64,000 bases of DNA. It comes from an uncultured Gemmatimonadales bacterium (GTDB lineage: Bacteria > Gemmatimonadota > Gemmatimonadetes > Longimicrobiales > RSA9). The stretch lies in assembly GCA_963798845.1 (NCBI GenBank), contig CAWCUS010000002.1:834058-898057 (forward strand), read 5' to 3'. Of the stretch, positions 8,019-18,149 are shown piece by piece. The notes under the pieces are model-generated. The model ran no database searches and was not told where the DNA came from. It saw nothing but the letters and a program-made list of their open reading frames with translations. The position numbers were made by a program, and so were the translations under genes. The stretch's first letter is position 1; each line of letters opens with the position of its first letter.

Positions 8019-10280
8019 ATGACATCGGTCGCCAAGCTGAAGGAGCGGGCTCGGAAGCTCGAGCAGAAGGAGGACTGGAAGGCCGCCATCGAGGCCTACC
8101 GGACAGCGCTCGATTCCGAGGAGCGGGCCGACGACGCGGAAGTGGAGCTCGCTCTCTACAACCGCGTGGGCGATCTGTACCTGCGTATCGGGCAGACCGA
8201 TGAGGCGGTGACGTACTACGAGGAAGCGGCGGACAAGTACGCCGACTCCGGGTTCTACAACAACGCCATAGCCCTCTGCAACAAGGCGCTGCGCCACAGG
8301 CCCAACCGCGCCCACATCTACCTCAAGCTCAGCCGCCTCTCCGCCGAGCAGGGATTCCTCCCCGACGCCCGCCGCTGGGTCCTCGAGTATTCGAATCGGC
8401 AGCTCCAGGCCGGGAACGAGGAAGCGGCCTTCACCGGCCTCGAGGAGTTCGCCGACATGTCCGACGACCCGGACGTGCGCGAGATCCTCGCCCGCCAGCT
8501 GGCCGGTCGCGGCCGACGCGATGACGCGCTGGACCAGCTGCGGAAAGCCCACGCCACGTGGTCCGCGCGCGGGGATCGCTCGGCCGCGGAGCGCGTCGCC
8601 GGCGAGGCCAGGGACCTCGATCCATCGTTCGCCCTGCGCGATGGCGCGAGCGGCGCGGCAGCGGGGGCCGATGCTCCCGCCGATTTCGAACAGCCTTACG
8701 TTCCGCCCGCGCGCGCTCCCGGGGGCCTCGATGGTCTGGAGACGCACCGGAGGGGACCCGGCGCCGACTGGCCGGGAATGCGGCCCGAGCCGCTGCCCGG
8801 GCTCGAGACCACGGGCCCCGATGTGGAGGAGGAGGAGGAGGAGGAGGAGCCGGAGCCGCTCCCGCTCCTGGACACCGGCTACGAAGCCATCGTGGAGGAG
8901 CCGGAGCAAGGCGAGGAGGAGGAGGAGGAGGAGGAGCCGGAAGAGCCGGAAGAGCTGGAGGAGCCGGAACAGCCGCTCCCGCTCATGGACACGGGCTACG
9001 AAGCCACGAGCCCGGAGCCGGAGGAAGAGGAAGCGGAAGCGCCAGAGGAGCCCGCCGAGCCGCTCCCGCTCTCTTCGGGAGCGCCGGGGGACATGCTGGA
9101 GGCCGAGTCCGTCGAGGAGCCGGAAGCGCCGCAAGCGACCGGGGAGGCGGAGCCGCGCGAGCATGCGGGCGAGCCGTTCGTCGCCGGCCCACCGGAGCAT
9201 CGGGTGGAGGCCGTGCGGGAGGAACCGGTCGGAGACGCGGGGGCGGGCGAGCCGGCTGATGACGAGCTGCTGGACCTGGCCGACGTGCTGGAGGAGCCGG
9301 AGCCCGGCGACGAGGAGCCGCTCCTGGACGTCGGGATGCTGGACCTCAGCTTCGGCGAGGTGACGGGGCAGGGGGAGCCGTCGTACTGGGAAGCGGAGGT
9401 AGACCTGGACGCGGTGCTGGACCGGGCCCGTGAGCTGGTGGGCCGGGGGCTGGCGCCGGAGGCGTTGAAGGAGCTCAACATCGTGCTGGCCGCGAACCCG
9501 GGCTCCGAAGCGTTGCAGGCGGCGCTGCAGGTGGTCGCGGAGATCATCCGACACGACCCCAACGACGTGGCCGCGCTGCAGCAGCGGGTGGAGCTGGCGT
9601 CGAAGCTGGGAGAGCCGGACGTGATGGTGTCGGCGTTCCTCGAGCTGGGGGACGCGCTGGCGAGGCTGGGATCGGAGACGAAGGCGAGGGCCATGTACGA
9701 GCGTGTCCTCGACCTGGACCCCGACAATGCGGCGGCGCTGGACGCGCTGGGCGACGGCGGCGATGCCGGCGACGACGAGACCGTGGACCTGTCCGCGGTG
9801 CTGCGGGAAATGGGTCCCGAGGAGCGGGCGGCGGCGCTGGCGGGGGAAGCGGCCGGCGGAGACCCGAACGTGGCGGCGATGCTGTCGCAGTTCCGCGAGC
9901 GGTCGAGCGACGGCGCGGGCGGGGACGATGCGGGTGACCATTACGACCTGGGGCTGGCGTTCAAGGAGATGGGGCTGGTGGACGAGGCCATCGCCGAGTT
10001 CCAGACGGCGTTGACGGGGGGCGAGGAGCGGCTGAAGGTGTACGAAGAGCTGGGCCAGTGCTTCATGTTGAAGCGCCAGTTCAACATCGCGCTGAACGTG
10101 TTCGACCGGGCACTGCAGGTGCCGAGGAGCGACGAGCGGGAGCTGCTAGGCGTCTACTACCACCTCGGCCAGTGCCACGAGGAGCTGGGACAGCGTGCCG
10201 AGGCGCGCGAGGCGTACGGCCGGATCCTCGACATCGACGACGGGTTCGCCGACGTGCCCGACCGCGTGGCGCGGCTGTGA
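8019..10280 (+). CDS. Large TPR protein with an acidic low-complexity central region
   Basis: N-terminal TPRs (LYNRVGDLY, GFYNNAIALCNKALR), Glu/Pro-rich centre, central TPRs, C-terminal TPRs (HYDLGLAFKEMGLVDEAIAEFQ). Confidence 0.88.
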   Translation: MTSVAKLKERARKLEQKEDWKAAIEAYRTALDSEERADDAEVELALYNRVGDLYLRIGQTDEAVTYYEEAADKYADSGFYNNAIALCNKALRHRPNRAHIYLKLSRLSAEQGFLPDARRWVLEYSNRQLQAGNEEAAFTGLEEFADMSDDPDVREILARQLAGRGRRDDALDQLRKAHATWSARGDRSAAERVAGEARDLDPSFALRDGASGAAAGADAPADFEQPYVPPARAPGGLDGLETHRRGPGADWPGMRPEPLPGLETTGPDVEEEEEEEEPEPLPLLDTGYEAIVEEPEQGEEEEEEEEPEEPEELEEPEQPLPLMDTGYEATSPEPEEEEAEAPEEPAEPLPLSSGAPGDMLEAESVEEPEAPQATGEAEPREHAGEPFVAGPPEHRVEAVREEPVGDAGAGEPADDELLDLADVLEEPEPGDEEPLLDVGMLDLSFGEVTGQGEPSYWEAEVDLDAVLDRARELVGRGLAPEALKELNIVLAANPGSEALQAALQVVAEIIRHDPNDVAALQQRVELASKLGEPDVMVSAFLELGDALARLGSETKARAMYERVLDLDPDNAAALDALGDGGDAGDDETVDLSAVLREMGPEERAAALAGEAAGGDPNVAAMLSQFRERSSDGAGGDDAGDHYDLGLAFKEMGLVDEAIAEFQTALTGGEERLKVYEELGQCFMLKRQFNIALNVFDRALQVPRSDERELLGVYYHLGQCHEELGQRAEAREAYGRILDIDDGFADVPDRVARL
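8826..9071 (+). repeat. Coding repeats: two (GAG)8 runs and three copies of a PLPL motif, two extended as PLPL(L/M)DTGYEA
   Basis: (GAG)8 at 8826-8849 and 8913-8936. CCGCTCCCGCTC occurs three times, twice followed by (C/A)TGGACAC.GGCTACGAAGCC. Confidence 0.85.
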
Positions 10281-11281
10281 GCGGCGAAGCGGCGACTGCC
10301 GGAACCGTGCGGCCGCGACTCCCGCAGATCCAGGCGCCGGTCGCCCCCGCGCTGGACGTGGTGAGCGACGAGATCCGCCGCATCGTGCTCTCCGACTTCC
10401 CGCCCATCCAGGAGGTCAGCGACTACCTGGCGCTGGCGCGCGGAAAGCTGTTCCGCCCCACGCTCCTGCTTCTGGCGAACCGGGTCGGGGACGGTGGACA
10501 CGAGCGTGCCCCCACGCTGGGGGCGGTCGTGGAGCTGGTCCACCTCGCCACTCTCGTGCACGACGACGCCGTGGACCATTCGGTGCTGCGGCGCGGGATG
10601 CCCACGGTGAACGCGCTGTGGAACCACCAGTCGGCCATCATCATGGGCGACTACCTCTACAGCCGCGCCGTCAGCGAGCTGGCCGCGTTCGGACGCACGG
10701 AGCTCATCGTGGTGCTGGCGGGGGCCGCCAACGAGATGAGCGTGGGGGAGATGCGGCAGCTGGTGTCCGCGGACGCGCTCGGCTTCACCGAAGAGGACTA
10801 TTTCCGGCTCATCCGCTCCAAGACGGCCTCACTCATGTCCGCGGCATGCGAGCTGGGCGCCATGGCCGGCGACCAGCGGTACCGCGAGCCGCTCGCCCGC
10901 TACGGCCACTTCGTGGGCATGGCTTTCCAGATCGCCGACGACCTCCTCGACTACACCGCCACGGAGGAAGCCACGGGAAAGCCCACGGGGCACGATCTAC
11001 GGGAGCACAAGATGACCCTCCCGCTCATCGCTGCCATGCGCGAGATGGATGCCGGCGCACGGCACGAGGTCCAGGCCTTCTTCGCCGACCCCGTTCCGGG
11101 CGATGACGGCATCCGCCGCGTCATCGACCTCGCCGGTCGGCACGGCGGCCTCGACGTCGCCCGCGCCCGCGCCGATGAGTTCGGCGACCGGGCGGCCGAG
11201 GCGCTGGAAGAGGTGCCGGATTCCGCCAGCGCCGCCGCGCTGAGAGCGGCCATCACCTACGTCGTGGAGCGGAGGCGTTGA
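10277..11281 (+). CDS. Polyprenyl diphosphate synthase (IspB/HepT family)
   Basis: GKLFRP, first motif HDDAVD...RRG, KTASL, second motif FQIADDLLD; GTGA overlap start. Confidence 0.93.
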   Translation: MSGEAATAGTVRPRLPQIQAPVAPALDVVSDEIRRIVLSDFPPIQEVSDYLALARGKLFRPTLLLLANRVGDGGHERAPTLGAVVELVHLATLVHDDAVDHSVLRRGMPTVNALWNHQSAIIMGDYLYSRAVSELAAFGRTELIVVLAGAANEMSVGEMRQLVSADALGFTEEDYFRLIRSKTASLMSAACELGAMAGDQRYREPLARYGHFVGMAFQIADDLLDYTATEEATGKPTGHDLREHKMTLPLIAAMREMDAGARHEVQAFFADPVPGDDGIRRVIDLAGRHGGLDVARARADEFGDRAAEALEEVPDSASAAALRAAITYVVERRR

Positions 11282-11334
11282 ATGCCTTCGGCGATCGACG
11301 GGCCGTACCCCGTTCCGGGCTCGAGAAAGAGGGC

Positions 11335-11619
11335 ATGATGCTGGGTGGAGCGCGACGCAGGGCCGTCCCCCGACTCGTGTGGGCGATTCTCATCGGGCTG
11401 TTCCTCGGTGCGCTGTTCACGAAGCTGGCGATCCGCTACCTTCCAGACAGTGCCGGCCGGGAGTTCCTGACTACCTCGGTGTCCGCTTCCATCGGCCCTC
11501 TCGGGGTCGACCTGGTCGCCATCGCCTTCGTGATCGGGCCGCTGGTGCTGAATGTGAACGCATTGAGCGTGATCGGTGTACTGGTCATCTGGTTGGTGAT
11601 GCGTTCGTGGTGGTTCTAG
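11335..11619 (+). CDS. Small membrane protein (DUF4321-like)
   Basis: 94 aa, two hydrophobic segments flanking GPLGVDL...LNVN; purine-rich SD before ATG 11335. Confidence 0.65.
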   Translation: MMLGGARRRAVPRLVWAILIGLFLGALFTKLAIRYLPDSAGREFLTTSVSASIGPLGVDLVAIAFVIGPLVLNVNALSVIGVLVIWLVMRSWWF

Positions 11620-11636
11620 TAGAAAGGTGAGCAGCC

Positions 11637-11924
11637 ATGCCCTTCGGTGGTAGCGTCGGCATCTGGGAAGTGATCCTGATCCTGGCCGTCCTCCTCTTGG
11701 TCTTCGGGGCCCGCAGGCTACCGGAGATCGGCGGCGCCCTCGGGAAGGGGATCCGGGAGTTCAAGAGCTCGGTTCGGGACATGGAGGGGGAGTTCACCCG
11801 CTCCGCCATGAACACGAACCGTGAGCTGCCGCGCTCCGAAGCGCCGCGCCGGCCGGAAGAGCCAGCGCAGGCGCGCGAGGTCGAGAGCACGAAGGCCGAC
11901 CCCGCCCAGACCAAGACCGAGTAG
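11637..11924 (+). CDS. tatA: Twin-arginine translocase TatA/TatE subunit
   Basis: GIWEVILILAVLLLVFGARRLPEIGGALGKGIREFK signature. Confidence 0.95.
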   Translation: MPFGGSVGIWEVILILAVLLLVFGARRLPEIGGALGKGIREFKSSVRDMEGEFTRSAMNTNRELPRSEAPRRPEEPAQAREVESTKADPAQTKTE

Positions 11925-12012
11925 CGGGTCGGCCCCCGAGGGGCATGGAACGGCTGCCACCGCCCGAAAGGCGGGTGGGAGCCACCCCTCGAAGGAGTCG
12001 ATCGCAGGACCC

Positions 12013-12048
12013 AGCCCTCCCCGGGCAGCCGGCCGCCCGGGGAGGGCT
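12013..12048. terminator. Perfect 14-bp hairpin between convergent tatA and ppiD-like genes, probable terminator
   Basis: AGCCCTCCCCGGGC, 8-nt loop, GCCCGGGGAGGGCT. No strong U-tract on either side. Confidence 0.55.
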
Positions 12049-12120
12049 TCCGTACGTCACGGGGGTCCGGGTCGATCGCCCGCGCGGCCGGCGGCCCTGG
12101 AGCGCTAGCCGCGCCGGAGG

Positions 12121-13944
12121 TCAGGCGGCCGCGTCGTCGGCCGCATTGAGGACCTTCTCGCGGTTGTCCACGACGGTGGCGTTGTCGCGGAGCGCACTGA
12201 GGAACTCGTCGAGGCGCTGGCTCCGGATGGTGCTGACCACCTGCTGCCGCTGCTGGGGCAGCTGCTCCTGCCATGCAGCGCGGTCCGCCGCCGTGCGGCT
12301 CGTCACCTGGATGACGTAGAATGCCTGTTCGGTCTCCAGGAGCCCGCTCGTCTGGCCGGTCTCCAGTCCGAAGGCGGCGCCGATGACGGCGTTGCTCGAG
12401 CCGATTCCGGGCACGTAGTCGTCGCGGGTGAAAGGCCCGGCCGTCCTCGCCTCCGCGCCCACGCTGGCGGCAGCGTCCTCGAGGGAAGCGCCGCCGGTGA
12501 GGCGGTCCACGACCTGGCGGCCGATGTCGCGGGTTCGCTCATGGCGCGCCTGCCGAAGGAGAATGCCGCGGATCGACGGGGTTGCCTCCTCGAGGGTGAG
12601 GGGGCGCTTGTCCTGGCGGTCCACCAGCTCCATGACGTAGAACCGGCTCTGGTTCTCGAAAATCGGGCTGACGTCGCCGACCGGCGGCGCGTCATCGAAG
12701 ACCCAGTTCACACCCTCGCTCACGTCGCCGACGCCGGGCAGCGTGGGGAGGACCGGGGTGAGCTCGGTGGTCCGGAGCTGGAGCCCGAGCTCCTGCGCGG
12801 CGGACTCGAGTGTCATGCGGCCGACCGTGGACTCGAGGGAGTCGACGCGGGCGAGGAGGGAGTCCTCGCTGTCCGGCGTGCGCTCGATCGGGATGAGGAT
12901 GTGATCGACCTTGGCCGAATCGGCGCTCCGGCTGTCCACGCGGATCAGGTGGTAGCCGAACGGCGAGAGCACGGGCTCCGTGATCTTGCCGACCGGGGCG
13001 CTCCACACGGCCTCGTCGAACGGGGGCACCGTCTGCCCCTTCTGGATCGTGCCGAGGGCGCCGCCCTGCGCGGCCGACCCCTGGTCCTGGCTCTCCCGGC
13101 TCGCCACCTGCGCGAAGTCGCCGCCGTTCTCGATCTCCTGGCGCACTTCCCGGGCGTGGGCCAGCGCCGCCGCGGTGTCCGCCGGAGTCGGCGTCTTGCT
13201 GATCGACGCAACCTTGACCTGCGCCCGCGCGGGCCGCTCGAAATCGCTCCGGTGCGCATTGTAGTAGCTGGCGATGTCCCCGTCGTCGACCGTCACGGCC
13301 GAAGCCGGGACGAGCGCCTGCGGGTCCAGGGCGATGTAGCGGACGGAGGCCGTCTCGTGCTCCTCCCGGTAGCGACGCCAGAGCTCGCCGTCCGTCACCA
13401 CCACCGAGCCGGTGATCTCCTGGAACAGCTTGCTGCGCGGGATCACGCGCCGATAGTACGACTCGAGATCGCGCAGCAGCTGCGGGTCCGCCTGGCCGGA
13501 GCCGAGGAAGCGGTGGTACTTCTCCAGATCGAACTGGCCATTGGTCTGGAAGGCTTCCGCGTTGTAGAAGTCCGGCGGCGGCGCGTAGCGTGCGGCTTCC
13601 TGAACCTCGCGGTCCGTCACGGTGATCCCGCGCCGCTCCATCTCGTGGGCGAGCAGCCGATCCATCACGATCTGGTTCCACGCCTGGTCTTCCAGCTGTT
13701 TGTTCTGGACCGACGTGATGGGCGTGTTCTGCTGCTGCTGGCGCTGGTCGTACAGCGTGCGGTACGCCTCGTTGAACTCCACGTACGTGATGGCGTCGCC
13801 GTCGACCTGACCCAGGTCCCCCTGGGCGTTCGCGCTGCGACCACTCACGTCCATCCCCCACTGGAAGACCATGAGACCCACGAAGGCCAGTGCTGTCACC
13901 AGCATGATCCACTTCGTGTTCTCACGCATCTGCTTCATGACCAT
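12121..13944 (-). CDS. PpiD/SurA-type membrane-anchored peptidyl-prolyl isomerase chaperone
   Basis: N-terminal TM anchor, SurA N-domain, parvulin motifs (DFAQVASRESQD...GGALG...PFDEAVW...SPFGYHLI); GAGGAG SD 10 nt before ATG 13944. Confidence 0.9.
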   Translation of the reverse strand: MVMKQMRENTKWIMLVTALAFVGLMVFQWGMDVSGRSANAQGDLGQVDGDAITYVEFNEAYRTLYDQRQQQQNTPITSVQNKQLEDQAWNQIVMDRLLAHEMERRGITVTDREVQEAARYAPPPDFYNAEAFQTNGQFDLEKYHRFLGSGQADPQLLRDLESYYRRVIPRSKLFQEITGSVVVTDGELWRRYREEHETASVRYIALDPQALVPASAVTVDDGDIASYYNAHRSDFERPARAQVKVASISKTPTPADTAAALAHAREVRQEIENGGDFAQVASRESQDQGSAAQGGALGTIQKGQTVPPFDEAVWSAPVGKITEPVLSPFGYHLIRVDSRSADSAKVDHILIPIERTPDSEDSLLARVDSLESTVGRMTLESAAQELGLQLRTTELTPVLPTLPGVGDVSEGVNWVFDDAPPVGDVSPIFENQSRFYVMELVDRQDKRPLTLEEATPSIRGILLRQARHERTRDIGRQVVDRLTGGASLEDAAASVGAEARTAGPFTRDDYVPGIGSSNAVIGAAFGLETGQTSGLLETEQAFYVIQVTSRTAADRAAWQEQLPQQRQQVVSTIRSQRLDEFLSALRDNATVVDNREKVLNAADDAAA

Positions 13945-13993
13945 ACGACGACGACTCCTCGGATGAGCCAGACACTTGCGGCACAAGCTGCAT

Positions 13994-14022
13994 AAGATAC
14001 CGCCGCGAGCGCCGCCCTTCAA
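13994..14022 (-). promoter_or_regulatory. Putative sigma70 promoter for the ppiD-like gene
   Basis: Minus strand TTGAAG, 17 nt, TATCTT. Confidence 0.55.
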
Positions 14023-14078
14023 CGGGCGGTCGCGCCGGAACAGCTTCGCGCAACCCCGTACGGGTGCCGGGGTTCACG

Positions 14079-14108
14079 TTGACATGGTCGAGCGACGACC
14101 TCTATCTT
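14079..14108 (+). promoter_or_regulatory. Putative sigma70 promoter for the TPR-aroQ-accBC run
   Basis: Consensus TTGACA (14079-84), 18 nt, TATCTT (14103-08), in a divergent intergenic region. Confidence 0.65.
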
Positions 14109-14156
14109 CCTCACCTCACCCGAGTTTTTTGCCTGCCGCGTCCCCAGGAGCCGTTG

Positions 14157-15656
14157 ATGTCCGACGCGCATCGCGAAGAGATCGCCAAGCTGGAAGCCCT
14201 CTACGCCGAGCATCCGGAGGGCCGGATCTTCACGCATCTGGCCGAGGCCTACCGGAAGTCCGGCCTGCTCGACCGGGCCCGGGCGGTACTCGAGGAGGGG
14301 CTGGCCCGGCACCCGTCGTACGCGAGCGCGCACGTCGTGCTGGGGCGAGTGCTGATGGACGAGGAGCGCTCGGAGGAGGCCGAGGCCGAGTTCCGTCGCG
14401 TGCTCGAGCTGGACTCCCACAACCTCGTCGCGTTGCGCTCGCTGGGCGACCTGGCCCGCGCCCGCGGCGACGAGGGAGCGGCGCTCGACTTCTACCGTCG
14501 GCTGCTGGACGTGGAGCCAGCGGACGCAGACGTGCGGGGGCTCGTCGAGTCCCTCGCTGCCGACCGCCCCGACGCGGCGGAGACGGGCGCCCCGCAGGAA
14601 GCCACGCCGTTCGAGGAGGGGGCGTGGTCGTTCAGCGAACCGGGCGCCGCGAGCGAATCGGGTGCCGGGTCCGGGGTCGAGCCGGGCACCGGGCTGGAAG
14701 GCGGGGCCGCTGCCAACGGCGCGCCCGAAGGATTCGAGGAGCCCGAGATGGGATCCGGGCCAGAACCGGAGTCGGAGCCCGAGCTGGCGACGCAGCCGCT
14801 GACCGGCTTCGAGCCGGGCCCTTCCTTCGAGGCCGTCGATACGGAGCCGTTCGAAGCGCTCGAGATCGACAGGCTGAACGCCGGCGGAAGCGGCGGCGAC
14901 CCGGGCGCCGCGGACCTGGACACGCGCCTCGACACCGGGGAGGGCGAGCCCGGGGAGTCCGACGGCACGGAGGCGAAGCCGGGCGGGATCGAGCCCGCGC
15001 CCGAGTCGGAGCCGTGGTCGCTCGGAGGGTCGGACGACGAGGCTGCGGAGGACGCGCAAGCGCCGAGCGAGTCACCACCCGGGTTGATGACGGAAACGAT
15101 CGCGGAGGTCTACGCGCGGCAGGGGCTGTACGACAGGGCGGCGGAGGTGTACCGGGAGCTGGTGCGCTCGCGTCCTGGGGAGGAGCGCCTGCACGAGCGG
15201 CTGGACGAGATGGAGCGACTGGCGCAGGAGACGCGGAAGTTCGCGCCGCCGCCGGACCCCGGCGCGTGGTCACCGTGGTCTCGCGAGGTCGACGAGGGGC
15301 AGGAGCGGACCGGGGCGGGGGCGGGAGGCAACCCGGAGGACACGTCCGTCTGGACGGGCGCGGAATGGGGCGAGAGCCGTTCGGAGTCGCCATACTCGTG
15401 GGGCGAGGAGGCGGGGGAGGCCGACACGTCGCCGCCGATCCGGAGCTACGTTCGGTCGCTCGTGGAGTGGACCGGTGCCGAGACCCCGGGCCCCGGGGCG
15501 GCGGCCGCGGAGGATTCTTCGGAGACGGCCGGTCTCGAGGGCGGCGGGGAGGGCGGGGAGGGTGAGATGGATGCGTCGGCGGCGGACAGCGGCAGGGACG
15601 GCGGCGACGATGGCCTGGACACCTTCCGGGCCTGGCTCGAGAGTCTGAAGCAGTGA
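14157..15656 (+). CDS. TPR protein with acidic disordered linkers
   Basis: N-terminal TPRs ([21 protein letters not shown]), [16 protein letters not shown]-terminal amphipathic [16 protein letters not shown]. Confidence 0.85.
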   Translation: MSDAHREEIAKLEALYAEHPEGRIFTHLAEAYRKSGLLDRARAVLEEGLARHPSYASAHVVLGRVLMDEERSEEAEAEFRRVLELDSHNLVALRSLGDLARARGDEGAALDFYRRLLDVEPADADVRGLVESLAADRPDAAETGAPQEATPFEEGAWSFSEPGAASESGAGSGVEPGTGLEGGAAANGAPEGFEEPEMGSGPEPESEPELATQPLTGFEPGPSFEAVDTEPFEALEIDRLNAGGSGGDPGAADLDTRLDTGEGEPGESDGTEAKPGGIEPAPESEPWSLGGSDDEAAEDAQAPSESPPGLMTETIAEVYARQGLYDRAAEVYRELVRSRPGEERLHERLDEMERLAQETRKFAPPPDPGAWSPWSREVDEGQERTGAGAGGNPEDTSVWTGAEWGESRSESPYSWGEEAGEADTSPPIRSYVRSLVEWTGAETPGPGAAAAEDSSETAGLEGGGEGGEGEMDASAADSGRDGGDDGLDTFRAWLESLKQ

Positions 15657-16093
15657 AGGTCGAGGTCCTGCACGGGCCCAACCTGAACCTGCTCGGGCGC
15701 CGCGAGCCCGGCGTGTATGGTCGTCGGACGCTCGAGCAGATCGACGCGGCGATCCGCGGGGAAGCGGAATCGTTGGGCGTGGACGTGGACACGTACCAGT
15801 CGAACCACGAAGGTGCGCTGATCGACCGGATCCAGGGGTCGTCGGCGGACGGATTCGTGGTGAATGCGGGCGGGTACAGCCATACCAGCGTGGCCCTGCG
15901 GGATGCGCTGGCTGCGGTGGCCCGCCCGTTCGTGGAAGTGCACATCAGCAACGTGCACGCGCGGGAGTCGTTCCGCCGGGAGTCGATGCTGGCTCCGGTG
16001 GCGCTGGCGGTGGTGGCCGGATTCGGCGCGGACAGCTACACGTTGGCGCTGCGGGGCCTGGTCGGGCACCTTCGGAACTCGAGAGGGGAGTAA
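15653..16093 (+). CDS. aroQ: Type II 3-dehydroquinate dehydratase
   Basis: [46 protein letters not shown]. Confidence 0.97.
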   Translation: MKVEVLHGPNLNLLGRREPGVYGRRTLEQIDAAIRGEAESLGVDVDTYQSNHEGALIDRIQGSSADGFVVNAGGYSHTSVALRDALAAVARPFVEVHISNVHARESFRRESMLAPVALAVVAGFGADSYTLALRGLVGHLRNSRGE

Positions 16094-16097
16094 ATAC

Positions 16098-16778
16098 GTG
16101 GCGAGAGCACGAGCAGCGGCGACGGAGCCGGAGCCGGGCGAGGAGCAGCGGGAGCAGGAGGCGCAGGAGGCGCAAGAGGCGCCCAGGGCGCCCGCCCGCG
16201 AGCCGGCGCCGGGAGGGGCGACGCAGCCAATGGTGGATCTCGAATTCGTGAAGGGCCTGATCGAGGCGGTGGACGCCAGCGGGATCGACTCGCTGGAGAT
16301 CACGCGGGCGGGGACCCGCGTGAAGATCTCGAAGACGCCTCCTGGCGCTCCGCCTGCGCCCACGTACTTCTCGGCGGCACCAATGGCAGCCGCGCCGGCG
16401 CCGCACGCGATGGGGAACGCCGGGTCGGCGTCGGTGACCGCGGGCGGGAGCGGCAGCGGGGCGGGGGGCGAACGCGGGGGTGGAGAGGCGATGGGGGGCG
16501 GCGCGGTCGCGGAGCAGGCGGGCGGGAAGAGTGGTCTGAGCGAGGTGCCGTCGCCGATGGTAGGGACGTTCTACCGTGCGCCGGCGCCCGACGCGCCGCC
16601 GTACGTGGAGGTGGGGTCGCGAGTGAGCAAGGGCCAGACGCTGTGCATCCTCGAGGCGATGAAGCTCATGAACGAGCTGGAGTCCGAGGTGGAGGGCCTG
16701 GTGCGGGAGATCCTGGTGGACAACGCCGAGCCCGTGGAGTACGGGCAGGTGCTGTTCCGCATTGACCCGAACGGCTGA
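16098..16778 (+). CDS. accB: Acetyl-CoA carboxylase biotin carboxyl carrier protein
   Basis: SPMVGTFY and biotinylation motif EAMKLMNE. Start is GTG 16098 (GGGGAG SD) or ATG 16230. Confidence 0.93.
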   Translation: MARARAAATEPEPGEEQREQEAQEAQEAPRAPAREPAPGGATQPMVDLEFVKGLIEAVDASGIDSLEITRAGTRVKISKTPPGAPPAPTYFSAAPMAAAPAPHAMGNAGSASVTAGGSGSGAGGERGGGEAMGGGAVAEQAGGKSGLSEVPSPMVGTFYRAPAPDAPPYVEVGSRVSKGQTLCILEAMKLMNELESEVEGLVREILVDNAEPVEYGQVLFRIDPNG

Positions 16779-16787
16779 CGGCGGCGG

Positions 16788-18149
16788 ATGTTTCGGAAGG
16801 TTCTGGTCGCGAACCGCGGCGAGATCGCGCTGCGGGTGATCCGGGCGTGTCAGGAGCTCGGGATCCGGACGGTGGCGGTGTACAGCGAGGCGGACCGGGA
16901 GTCGCTGCACGTGCGCTTCGCGGACGAGGACGTGTGCATCGGGCCACCGCCCGCCCGTGAGAGCTACCTGAAGATCCCGCGCATCATGGCGGCGGCGGAA
17001 GTGACGGGCGCCGACGCCATCCATCCCGGCTACGGCTTCCTCGCCGAGAACGCGGACTTCGCGGAAATCTGCGAGCGGAGCGACATCGCCTTCATCGGCC
17101 CCACGGCGGAGCAGATCCGTCTCATGGGCGACAAGGCGGCGGCGCGCGATACGATGGTGCGGGAGAACATCCCTGTGGTCCCGGGCAGCCCCGGCCCTGT
17201 GGATGACCCGGAGATGGCGTTGCGGGCGGCCAGGAAGATCGGCTTTCCGGTGCTCATCAAGGCGGCCGCGGGTGGGGGCGGGAAGGGGATGCGGGTGGCG
17301 CCGGACGAAGCCACGTTCGCGAAGTCGCTGCAGGCTGCACAGACGGAGGCTGCGGCGGCGTTCGGAGACAGCAAGGTCTACCTGGAGAAATACCTGGAGC
17401 GTCCCCGGCACGTAGAGATCCAGGTCTTCGGGGACACGCACGGCCGGGTGATGCACCTGGGCGAGCGTGAATGCTCGATCCAGCGTCGGCACCAGAAGCT
17501 GATGGAGGAGTCCCCGTCGCCTGCAGTGACGCCGAAGCTGCGGGAGAAGATGGGCGCGGCGGCCGTGCGGGCGGCCAGGGCGATCAACTACCGGGGTGCC
17601 GGCACCATCGAGTTCCTGCTGGACCAGGACGGCAGCTTCTACTTCATGGAGATGAACACGCGGATCCAGGTGGAGCACCCGGTGACCGAGCTGGTGACCG
17701 GATACGACCTGGTGAAGGAGCAGATCCGGATCGCCGCCGGCGAGAAGCTGTCGTTCCCGCCCAGGGGGCCTCTGAAGCTGAACGGTCACGCGCTGGAATG
17801 CCGGATCAACGCGGAGGACCCGGCGCGCAACTTCCAGCCCAGCCCTGGCCAGATCACGATCTGGCACGTCCCGGGTGGGCCCGGCGTGCGCGTGGACTCG
17901 CACGCGTACCAGGGATACCACGTGCCACCGTACTACGATTCGCTGCTGGCCAAGGTGATCGTCCACGGCAAGGACCGGCAGGAGTCGATCGTCCGCATGC
18001 GGCTCGCGCTCGAGTCGCTCATCGTCGAAGGAGTGAAGACGACGATTCCGTTCCTGCTGAAGCTGCTGGAAGACCCGGCGATCATCGCCGGGAAGATGGA
18101 CACGCGCTACCTCGAGCGGAGGATGGCGGCCGAGTCAGAGGGCGCGTGA
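16788..18149 (+). CDS. accC: Acetyl-CoA carboxylase biotin carboxylase subunit
   Basis: [50 protein letters not shown]. Confidence 0.97.
   Translation: MFRKVLVANRGEIALRVIRACQELGIRTVAVYSEADRESLHVRFADEDVCIGPPPARESYLKIPRIMAAAEVTGADAIHPGYGFLAENADFAEICERSDIAFIGPTAEQIRLMGDKAAARDTMVRENIPVVPGSPGPVDDPEMALRAARKIGFPVLIKAAAGGGGKGMRVAPDEATFAKSLQAAQTEAAAAFGDSKVYLEKYLERPRHVEIQVFGDTHGRVMHLGERECSIQRRHQKLMEESPSPAVTPKLREKMGAAAVRAARAINYRGAGTIEFLLDQDGSFYFMEMNTRIQVEHPVTELVTGYDLVKEQIRIAAGEKLSFPPRGPLKLNGHALECRINAEDPARNFQPSPGQITIWHVPGGPGVRVDSHAYQGYHVPPYYDSLLAKVIVHGKDRQESIVRMRLALESLIVEGVKTTIPFLLKLLEDPAIIAGKMDTRYLERRMAAESEGA

Noticed and set aside
8826..9071. Direct repeats as a CRISPR array
   Set aside because: They are in-frame coding repeats, degenerate and irregularly spaced, with no cas genes.
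6705..9941. Long antisense ORFs (1078 aa here; also 45598-48456, 18876-21248, 47868-50225)
   Set aside because: Shadow frames of well-supported + strand genes in GC-rich DNA, with no recognisable motifs.
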